Source: Antedon mediterranea (lineage: Eukaryota; Animalia; Echinodermata). From it: 64,000 nucleotides of DNA. This document shows, in pieces, positions 43,301 through 55,300 of the stretch. Every line of letters starts with the position of its first letter. Position 1 is the stretch's first letter. The notes beneath the pieces were generated by a model, which had not been told where the DNA came from, ran no database searches, and saw only the letters and a program-made list of their open reading frames with translations. The stretch spans positions 5,766,001 to 5,830,000 of the forward strand of contig NC_092680.1 of assembly GCF_964355755.1 (NCBI RefSeq), read 5' to 3'. A program made the translations under genes and the position numbers.

Positions 43301-46300
43301 ATCAGATCTAAGGAATAGTAGAAGCAATGCCAGTAATTTCACAGCTTCAAGTGAGTAGTTACCAGTAGTAGATATTTTCCTGAGGTGTATCGATTCAGAA
43401 AAACAAAATAAATTTTCACCCATGCTGTTACACTTTTAATTTTATTTTTAACACATAGCCAATATAAATAAAAACATCCACTAACCTAACAGGCTGAGAG
43501 AACAAATGAATAAAATATTTTTCAATTATTTAGATTTTAGAACTGAAAATAGTTAAAACTATCATACAATTTATCAATACCAATAACATTTTAAATCTTT
43601 TAAAAGCTAATCTTTGGAAAAAAAAACTCTCTTTGTAAAGTGTACTATTATAGTACAAAGCAGCCTGATCATTAATAATATCTACCATTATGTTTTTTAT
43701 AGCGTGGGATGGTGTACCAAAGTCAAAACCTTCAGTAAACCAACCAGCTGATGATTGGGGAATTGATGATTGGACTGGCGACGTAAGTTGATTTAAATAT
43801 TTTGTAGTGAGATTTCATTTCAACAGAGGGCATGTTATTTAATATTAGTGAAAATAGAGATAGCTCAAGATCTTAATGATCTTTTTTCAAAGAGTATATT
43901 AGTTCTAAAAAGGAGAGACGATCACTTCTGAGGACAATCAAAGTATATTGATTGAAACGTCGAGAATCTCAAAAAACCTTTCACAACTAATATGTGTGGT
44001 GTACCGCAAACTTGTTATGCTTGCATATTGTCATAATCAAAATCAGTACGAAAATCATTATACCATGTCACTATACCATTTAGACTTCTTTAGTAGATAT
44101 TGCTGCTTGTAAATGATGATAACCTCTGACACCTCATTTGAAAACCTATCATCTCCATGGTTATCATGATACCATCTTTTCATTCATATCTGATACAAGC
44201 TCATTTTCATTGCAATGTTAAAACAACTAAAACCAATCAATATGCCTATTAGTATCTGGCATAAATGTTTAAGAGGTATTGTTTATAAATGCATAATTAT
44301 TTTGTTTTATAGCTAAGCAAATCACAGGTGTTTACCCCAAGTACAACAGTCTCTTCAACATTTAAAGAAGAGTCATCTCCACCAGTGTACACTCCTAGTA
44401 TGGATTCTGCAGTTGTATCAAGTACTATATCGGCACCAGGCTCTCAGCCACCAATGTCACAAAGGTTAGTGCGAGCAGATCATACTATCGGCTTGGTTCT
44501 TATTAGGATGTAAGATAGGGCGTGAGCGCAACACAAGCATTGACCAATGACAAGCAACAGTTTGAATAATCCATTGCTTGTGATTGGTCAAATTACTTTT
44601 TTTCAAGTCTGGTGTAAACAGTTTTACAAAAATTGAACTGTAGGTCATATGAATTAGGTTTATTTAAAATTAATTTAATGTAATTGCTTGTAAATGATGA
44701 TAACCTCTGACACCTCATTTGAAAACCTATCATCTCCATGGTTATCATGATACCATCTTTTCATTCATATCTGATACAAGTAATTTTAGAGCGTAGTTTT
44801 GTTTATTAGCAGTGTTTTATTAACATATTATATATAGTATATGTACTTATTATTTATTCTTTATACTGGGTAGCCTCTTCAGTCTAAGACTGTTCTCCCA
44901 CAGGGTCCAGTGTATATATAAGTTTGGCTATGGTTTTTCAGTGACTGTGTGTGAACTAGTACACCGGGGTAACCTCCTACTCGTCTCGAAAGATGTACTA
45001 GGTTCTTTAAAGTGCACATAAGCCAGATGTGTACACTGGACCTACGGTTTATAGTTCTTATCCGAGAAGATGCATTCTACCTCCAGAACCATGGTGCGAG
45101 TGAGTCTTGAACAAAAGATATTAATTATTGATGTAATTTTGTTATAGCATTGATCTGGCAACATTGTTAGGCAAGGTACCTGGTTCTATGTCATCTACTT
45201 CACCATCAGTGGGTGAATCAATCCAACCACCATCAAGGCCGCAAACAGATGTCTTTACACCATTTGTAGAAATGAAGTCTCAGACACACGCAAATAAACA
45301 ACATGACCAGGTAAATTGTTATTTGTAATACCACATTAAAACATTTAACTTATACAGTAAATGACACTAAAATCAAAAGCTTACATATTCGACTTGACGT
45401 ACAGCAAATACTACAAGACAATACAGTAGTACCTATTTTAAGACGCGCCTTAAAGGGAACACTTTCCTGTGGGAAAAAAACGAAATATATGTTTTAACCC
45501 TAAAGCCAAACCTATTCAGGAGAAACTCCTATTAGGAGTATATGTTCTTCGGTCCGGAAGGTGTCCCCTTAGTAAGGTTCTACTGCGTTATTTTAGTAAA
45601 TTAAAACATTTTTGGAAAGTCTTATCTAGCAACACTGTCCTTTTATTTTGTAGATTGTCGTACCCGTACAACAAGTAGGTATTCAGCAGCAACGGCCTAC
45701 ACCGGTTTCTAACCAAGTAAAATCAACAAGAAAGAAACTGCCTCCGCCATCAAAGGTATGTGCACACCTGCATTCTTTAACCATGATTATCAGTATTTTA
45801 TTAAAATTGCCATTATCGCTGTCATGATTATTATCAGTACCGTCAAAATCACTATCATCAAAGTCAGATCATTGCTTGTAAATGATGATAACCTCTGACA
45901 CCTCATTTGAAAACCTATCATCTCCATGGTTGTCATGATACCATCTTTTCATTCATATCTGATACAAGTAATGCTTATGTACTCCTTGATGATTGTTGAT
46001 CAAAAACTTGTCATTAATACAAGTTAAAAGATAGATAGATAGTTTTTGTATATGTTTTGGGTATTTTTTTTTTATTATTTTGTGCGACATGTCTACTAGG
46101 CCCTCAGTCTTGTACTGAAGAGGTGAACCAGTTTAAAGAAAGAAATAAATAGTCACAAAATTCACATTTTTATTTAACTTTTTATTTGATATTTTCATAG
46201 TATTGGTGTATATTTATCTTGGTTGACAATTTAAATGAAGTTTTCTTTCTTTTTTATGGAAATAACAATTTTCAGCCGTTATACAAAAACTGAATGAATC

Positions 46301-49300
46301 TAATTCATGTTTCTCAGATTCCGGCATCAGCAGTAGAGATGCCAGGGTCAACTCGTGGGATTGGAGCATTGGATGTACAATTTGGTGTTATGGACATGAA
46401 TAGTGACCAATCATCAGGATTCGGCATTGGAATCTCGATACCGTCATCATCATCTGTACCATCTGCAGCGCCGCCTTCAACATTACCAGTCAGTAATTCA
46501 ATGCCACCAGGAATAACGCAAAAAGCAGTTTATAGGTGAGATTACACTACTTAAAACCCATTTCAGTTAAGATTATACCTGGGCCTTTGAAACCAACTTA
46601 TCCCAGGCAAATAACTAAGACTGAACAGGCCCATGGTCGGTCCACTGCTGGACCAATGGAGGTACACCTAATTGGTGACAGTGGCTTAGGCTGCTTTTAT
46701 TTTTTTTTGTATTTCATACTCATCCAACAGCGAGAACAAACTCGCCAATTACTGGATGAATAAACGTTTGTGCTTTCCTGGCAGCTAGTGACTATGATTT
46801 TATATTTTCTCCTTTGTTGATTTGTATTATATTTTGTAAAATGTATCTTTTGCCTGAATAATAATAATAATAATGTGTTTGCATGACGCTTCCAGAGGTC
46901 TTTCTTTCTCATACCAGTACGGTAGGCGTAGCCAAATATCGTTTGATTTCATCTCTCTATCATTTACACTCTGTTCATTATTATTATTTATATTGCTTTA
47001 AATCATGGTATGAAAATATGTAAGGTTTTATAATTGTATAAATGCTCAATCCAGGACAATAAGTAAAAATCAATTTATATAGAATATGCTTAAATGATGA
47101 CAAAGTTTGAGGTCTCCTAATATACTTTATAAATTGTATGTATGTGAGGATTTCTTTTTAATCTGATTAGCATTATTCTTATACATTCTTTGTACACATT
47201 ATTTTCATGCCATGTATGCCGTATTTCTCCATTATTATTAATATCGTTTGTTTTTTTAGTGTTGAAGACAATAGTGTATCAGGTAGTTATGCGTACCCAT
47301 CTCAGAGGAGCGATACGTCGTACTCGACAAATAATGCCGGGAAAGTGCACATACCATTTGGCTTTGAACAAACAACCATTACAGATAAGACCTCACAAAA
47401 CAAGGTAATTAATAAATTTCAATTTGATTTTCATTTCCACAATATTATAACATACATACAGGATAATAAATGCAATGAAGTAATCATGTGGGGGAGAGTC
47501 ATATAAGTCACAAAGACTTTTAAGTCTGACCCACCCCAAGATATAACATTATTAAATACGAATACGAAAAAGAAAAAAAAATATAAATAAACTAATTATA
47601 AATAAAAGAAAACAAAGCTACAATTTCTATTTAAACGATATTATCCGATCTGTTTATCATATCTTGAAAGTAAATAGTTCTTGTATACTAATTTAAATTT
47701 AGAAGTTGTAGATGCATTTTTAATATCTAATTTAATTTGTATTTGTATTGTCACTATATGTGAAAAGAAACCCCACCATAATTAAACAATGATACACATT
47801 TGACAATAACAACAACATTTTTTTTAATTTTATTTTTCTTAATTCAAACAGTAGTTTTATAGGTAACATATTTTTTTACTAAAAAAATTAATATTGTTAC
47901 ACACAGATACAAACTCCGGTTGTTATTCCTCTGCCAAATCAGAATGATTTAAAGCCAAATTCATACATGAGCCCACAGAAACCACAAAACCAAGGGTCTA
48001 TTGACGCATACTCAGCTAACCAACAATCGCAAATGCCAAGGACTGCCGCATCCACCTTATCGTCCAGTGGACTCTCATCAACGAGTGCTCTTCATCAGCC
48101 TGCAACTGGTTATTCTACTGGCTCTCAATCTCTTGGTTCAAGATCGGTGAGTTATTACCCTACAAGCTTGAATCTATTGAATTTGAATGTGAACCTAGTC
48201 TTAAGCTCAAAAAAATGTGATGTGCCTATATATGGACACAATGATGTCATATCACTACAATATTTGGGTATATCACTACCATATATACATCACACATTTT
48301 GTCAAACTACTTTGATAGTGTAGACAGAGCTTTAGCTTTCTATAGCTACTTCTCTGTTTCAGTGTTAATTTGCACTATGAAAAGAAAATTCTATTATGAT
48401 CACTCAAAATGATGTTATCAATACTTTCGTTCTTCTGAATGAACATTGAGGAACATACCTGTATCCACTGATTGAGTAAAATCGATTTTTGTTTTAAATT
48501 TGAAACAAATAATTATGGATTTCCTCCAAGCACAGAAATGTGGATTTCCATGTATTATCAGTATTAAGTTTATATCAATCAATGACTTATTTTTGCAGAG
48601 TCAGAATTCTTATGGCAATAGTGACCAATCATCAGGAGGGGCGAGTGTACTAGCCAACTCGCGACCTACAGTTAAAGCAGATTCATACACAGGGTCGGGA
48701 TCAGTCTCGGGACTGAACACTGTCATGCCATCAAGTGCCCATGGCAAAGGCATCAATCCTGGAAGCCATAATCAAGGCTTATCCAATACGGTTCCTTCAG
48801 GATTAAATACCTCGGTGCCAAGTAGTCTAACAGGAACAGGTGCTTTTGGTTCCTCGTCTCTTAGTTCTTCAAGTGCAAATAGCAAAATTACAACAAGTAT
48901 TGGCGGTGGTGCCAGTGCTCTGGGTGGTCTGACGAACACTTCTCAATCTACCAGCCACTCTGCACTAGGATCTAGTTCTTTGAATACTGGTTTGAGTGGT
49001 AATAACCAAATGAGCTCGAGTAGCGCATCAACGCACACAAGTGTACAGACTTCACCAATGTCATCTAGTAAAATGGGACTTGATGCAAGGGTAGGTAGTA
49101 GTAAGATAACTTTGTTTGTAGGTACATTTGTTTACCTTTCTACGTTAATTTAATATCTACTGTAACAATAGCCATAAAGAATATGTGACATTGATAACTA
49201 GGTATTCATAAAGACATGATGATTATTCATAGCAAACAAAAATATTTATATAAAAAAATATTCAGGTATAAATCATTCTTAATTACTTTACTTTGTTACT

Positions 49301-52300
49301 TTAAATATTTTTAATATAAACTGGAAATGCCATTCTCTCGTAATCATTTTTAATTGGATCTAAATACATAGAACCTAGAGTAGGGGGGTTTCCTTAGTGT
49401 ACTCGCCCAGTCCTTGTTAAATCGAGACAGATGGACGGGCTCCGCTTTATTTTTTGCTCAACATGAATGGATCATTTTGCGATTATGCCGAAAAATGAGG
49501 TCCTGCACAGTAAATATGATGATTGTATATATTGAATTTTGTACAGTTGGACAATAGTAATCATATAGCTAGAGGCACGTCTGGTATGGTACCATCACAA
49601 GTGTCGTTACCATCAGCATCGTCATTAGGAGTCTCTCCAGTCACGGCCAGTACAACCTCATCCTCTTCACTTGGTTACATAAGCTCATCAAATTCCTCAT
49701 TACTTTCATCGACAAGGACAACGCAGGCATCAACAAGTAAGTATATTATTATTTATACTGGGTAGCCTTTCAAAGACTGTTCTCCCAGAGGGCCCAGTGT
49801 ATAGTATAATACTATGATCCCGAAAGATGTACTAGGTTCTTTAAAGTGCACATAAACCATTTATAGTCCATATCTGAGAAGACTCGTTCTATACCACCAA
49901 AACCATGGAGCAAGTGAGCCTCGAACCCTTGTTGATGTTATGGCTACGTATTACTGTCTTAACTGCTCGGCTGCTCGCTCATTAAAATGTTTTTTTATTG
50001 TTTGAAAGATTCTTCCATGCCGTAAGCTCTGTCTACAATATCAAACTTATTTGACAAAAAAAATGTAATGTGCCCATATATGGACACGATGTCATCACTA
50101 CCATATTTGGGCAAATCACACTTCTTTTGTCAAACAAGTTTTATAGTGTAGACAGAGCTTTAGTAACACAGTATAAAAAATGTTATTTTTCATTGTACTA
50201 GTGTAATTGATTTTTCAACCTTTTGCTTATTTATCTTTTTCAGCAAAAGCTGCACCAAATCTGCCACCTGGCATGCCGCCTCTTCTACCGAATCAGTACC
50301 TGATGCATAATCCACTACTTGTCAATGCTTATGTAAGTGATTGTTTTTTTTTTAAAGCTTTATTCATATATAATTAAAGCTTAGAATTGGAGATAGTATG
50401 ATCATTTTAAGAATTATGTTATGTGCATGATTTTCCTTGAAACTAAGTAAAGAGTAAGTAGTAATATTAAAACCAATTTTATAATTGTATAAATGCTCAA
50501 TCCAGGACAATAAGTAAAAATCAATTTATATTGAAAATGCTTAAATGATGACAAAGTTTGAGGTCTCCTAATATACTTTATAAATTGTATGTGAGGATTT
50601 CTTTTAGTAATCTGATTAGCATTATTATTATAAAATTTTTTTACACATTACATTTTTTTCATGTCGTATTTCTCCAATATAATTAATACTGATTATTTAT
50701 CTAGTGTTAAAGACAATAGTGTATGAAGCACTGTCTACATTTTCAAACTAGTTTGACAAAAAAAGTGTGATGTGCCCAAACATGGTAGTGATTTTCCCAA
50801 ATATGGACTTGATGACATCATCATGTCCATATATGAGCACATCACATTTTTTTATAATTAGTTTGTATTCTCATGATTTAGTTTAATTTTTTCTAGGCTC
50901 CACAATATTTTAATCTTGATGATGCAATGATGTTACAATCCAGAATGACACTTGTAAGTATATGTAAATATTAAGTCAAACTTAATAATGTTATGCCAGG
51001 TATGTTTGGATGATGATAAAAATTGCGCATTTTTCTGAAATCTGATGATCTCATTATCAGTGTAGCACTGACAAACATACCTGATATATATAACATTACA
51101 TTTTTTTAGATCATAGTCATTACATATTAGATAAAACAGTGGTCTGTTAATAGAGTTTTTATTGGGGTAAAACCAATGGAGTTAGGTCGCCGTGTGGACA
51201 CATAAGACACTTGACTTGAGTCCCAGTAAGAGACCAAATGAGATCAACTCCTGACTGTACCTGGTTGAAAATAAGTCTTTAAATGTAAATATGTCATTCT
51301 TTTTGACCAGTTTCAACCACAGCAGACGGCGGCGCTGGCTGCAGGTCGTGATGCAGGTTCCTTAGGCACTACACCTTACTCGGTGACGGAAGCAAATAAG
51401 TTTGGGAGGACGGATGCCTCATCTCCCGTAGCAACAATTGCTACACAGCAACAAACACAACAACAAGGTAAATTTTGTATTCCTACATTTTTTTTAATTA
51501 ATAAAAAAAAAAATTCAAATTTCCTATTTAAACTGCTTTTCTAATTGTTTTATTTTGTGTTAATATATAGTAAAAAATAAAATATATAGTACATAGTAGT
51601 ATGGTCCTTAGAATGGACCATGTAAACAAAATTGTGAATATTTGTACAGAAAGTTTTTTTAACACTGAAATGTGGATAATTAATGTATTTATTTGTTTTT
51701 TATCTTCAGGACAAACAAATCATCACCAAACACAAACAGCACAACAGCAGCCATCATTCCACCCCACAGTTCCTCCCGGCTACAGCTACGGAGGGTTCCC
51801 ATTTTATCCGGCAGGATTGGCAGGCCCAGTCCCAGGATTACAGTATACGCCAGCTGCGGCAATGTTTCCCACAAATATGGTGAGAATTATTATCCTATTG
51901 TCATAAAGGTTATGTACATTGTATTCATAATTTATGTGTATATTATTTATCTGCTTTCAAACTGTATTGTCTCTTTCTTTTCTTTTTTTCCAGATTCCCC
52001 AAGCAACTAGATCACAATCTGGAACTACGCCACACACAGGTTTTCAACATAGCACATACGGCCAACACAATTCTCATACCACATTTGCCACAGGTATGTA
52101 ATGGCTGTGTTGTGTTCCTTAAGCTCTGTCTACACTATCAAACTAGTTTGTGCCTAAATATGGTAGTGATATGCCCAAATATGGTAGTGGTATGACATCA
52201 TCATGTCTATATATGGGCACATCACATTTTTTTGTCACATAAACTTTGATAGTGTAGACAGTATACAGTTCAACCTCTAGAAACGGCCCTACAATGTCAC

Positions 52301-55300
52301 TCTTTAAAATATAAAATTTGTGCAGATCCAGCAACTTTCTTATCTGCATATGTATAAAAAAATAAACATTTCAATATTAATTTTTTTAGATAAAAACAAT
52401 ATCTCAATATGATGTATTTATATACTTTCGTTCTTCTGAATAATTTTTGAGGAATACTTCTGTATTTTCTGATTGAGATTAAACTAACAAAATGATTTAA
52501 GCTTCTGTTTATAGTTTTCTATTTCAATAACATGCTAGTACTTTATGTTCATCTCGACTTGAAAATTTAAATTTTTTATTTTCTACGAAATTATAAATTC
52601 TTTTGTGATTATGTAATTCTTTTTAGGTTATGATGATCTATCGGCGACACAAGATTTCAAAACTGGGTATGGAGGAGTTTCGCAAACACAAAGTAAAAAT
52701 ACAGGTAAGCTGATAATATACTAACCATATTCTAATTCATGTATTTTCAGTGGTAATTTCAGGTGGGTTTTTAAAAATGAATAGGATGATTTAAAACGCT
52801 GCTAAGTATCATGCATTATGGAGTTAATTGGTCAGATTTGTTGCTGACGTAAATTGTAGTTCTCTGTACATTCAGAACATTGTTCTCAATGAACGGAATT
52901 GAAGTACAATTTACGTCAAATTAAAGCAAAACATCTGACTAATCAATGAAAGATTCTTGTTATTGAATGCGTGTCATTTCCTTTACTGTATCTTCACAAA
53001 CTGTCCAGAAACAAATTATAGTACTGAGAATAGGCTATCAAGTTTACAATTATGCTATACGGGTTCAAAATTTCACTTTGTGTGTTTTAACTTGATACTA
53101 TTAAATAGTAATGTAAATTATATCTTTAAAAACCTCATTTAAATACAATATTTCACAATAATTCATTTCTCTGTAGTATAATCTTGAAACTACTACTACT
53201 TTGTCCTTGACACTGCTTTATATATTGAACACTTTACAACTGAATTGAATATTAATTAAATAACACGATTAACTTCTCTGCTGTGTTTATAAATGTACAC
53301 ACAATAGCAATGGTTGATAACAATGTTAATGTGCTATTAGTATAAGTGATAATTTCCTGTCTAAAAAATTAATTTTATAAAATGTTTGCTACGCTGACAC
53401 ACAGCCAATGTTCATGGTAACATAAACTCAGATTTTGTAGTGTTTGTTTGTCATTATGTTTTTAGTATGTGCCAACTTCAATGTGTTTAGCTCTGTCTAC
53501 AATATCAAACTAGTAAAAAAAAAATGTATGATGTGCCCAAATATAATAGTGATATGCTTAAATATGGTAGTGATATGCTCAAATATGGTAGTGATATGCT
53601 CAAATATGGTAGTGATATGCTCAAATATGGTAGTGGTATCCTTCAATATGGTAGTGATATGACATCATCATGGCCATATATGGGCTCATCACATTTTTTT
53701 GTCTCATAAAGTTGATAGTGTAGACAGAACGTTATACTAATGTTTGCTGTGGTATCTAATTCTTGCATGTTTTTTCCATGTTTTTCACAGTGGGAAGAAA
53801 TTCAGGTAATTTACTGCATGTCTATCAATGAAACTAACATTAACTTAGTGCTGCCAAGAAACTGAAAATCAAAATAATTCTTTAAACCAATTACTTTTAA
53901 ATACTATAGTTAATACAGTAGAACCTCATATTTACGTACCCTGACCCTACAGCAGCGACAGATTTTATTGATAGAAAATACAAGAACATTATTTATAACA
54001 CTTTATTTAAACATTGTGCAACCTGCATCTACTTTTTTAGTTAGGCCTCGCGTTTAGCTAAGCCTACTAGCCTGGCCTAGATAGTATAGACCTAGCTAGT
54101 GACCACCTACATGCTGTAAGTAAAGTCTTCTTGCTACACATTTCTACAATTGTGTAGCAAAATATACTATAGAAAACTATGTTTCTTGATTCAAACATCA
54201 GTTTTATTAGCAATATTGCTAAACAAAATTTTAAGATGAAATTTTTCCCTACATAAAATTAAGGTTCTACTGTAGATCTCTGAAAAGAATCTTGCAGACC
54301 AAAGTAAACTAACAGTGCTAACCTTTCGGATATTTGTTTTGTGTTGTCTGTGTTTTTTTATTTAATATTTTTACTAAAAAAAATAAATGCATTTCGTAAC
54401 ATTTGCAAGGGATAAACATATTAACACTAATAATAATAATGAAAATGTTATTATATTAATATGATTAAATATAAAATTATTATTTTAAAATTAGCATGAT
54501 TTAATAGGACTGTTGACTACTAACATTCCGTTACAACAATGTTTTGTTTTATTGTCATAAAATAGTCAACCAATTCTCCCAATACCACAAGCTGTCAACA
54601 ATGGTTACAATTTTGTAAAATTGTATTCGGGCACCGGGGGAGTTTTGGACAGGCCCAACGATATATAATATTGGGCCAGCTTAAAGATATACTGTACGGT
54701 ATTGGGAGAGTTGACTGTTAGTAAATATTTCATTATTTATAAGTGTAGCATGATTATGTAGCATATGATTTCATGGGATGCTACAGACTTCAGTGGCAAT
54801 TGCCATACTGTCCGTATATAAGTTACTACTAAACAGTAGTAGAGATAAGGCTGAATAGTTTGTTTGCACTCAAGTTTCTAAAGTTTGAATGAAAAGTGAA
54901 CCCAATTTAATGTCCCCTTATTAGGGTCGTTCCTAGTGTTCAGCATATTGGCCCTTGTTTGTTTCACAGGAATGCGTCCCTTAATAGATGGTGTTTTACT
55001 GTATTTTATGAACTTTATTATATTTTTATGCTTTAATTTAATCTCTTTTCTTTTCAGCTGTAACATCATCTTCTGGGCCATCAGATTTAACTGGTTCTTC
55101 ATACACAAACAAGACACATACTGGTTTTGATTCAAAGAGTTTCCATGGCACTCCGCCACCTTTCAACATCCCACTTGCTGGGGCCGGTCAAGGAGGACAC
55201 ATAAATCCATCACCTTATGCTCATACTCACAGCCCGTTTGTACCCATGATGCAACAACCACACATCCTTCCCCATCAGATGCATAGCGATGGACAAGGTG

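Noticed and set aside
41628-45968. The five ~94-bp intronic repeats as a MITE or SINE
   Set aside because: All are sense-strand, one per intron, confined to one gene, and carry C/D boxes with an rRNA-antisense guide.
46093-46150. CTGAAGA...GAAA as a second hammerhead
   Set aside because: No stem II or stem III pairing; it looks more like a retroelement 3' tail.
49368-49512. Possible H/ACA snoRNA (hairpins ending in ACA)
   Set aside because: No convincing H box, and the 5' part matches the Deu-SINE core (gagtagggggg..gtgtact).
53524-53709. ORF with KYGSDML repeats
   Set aside because: It is the translation of the 21-bp internal repeat of MITE M1.
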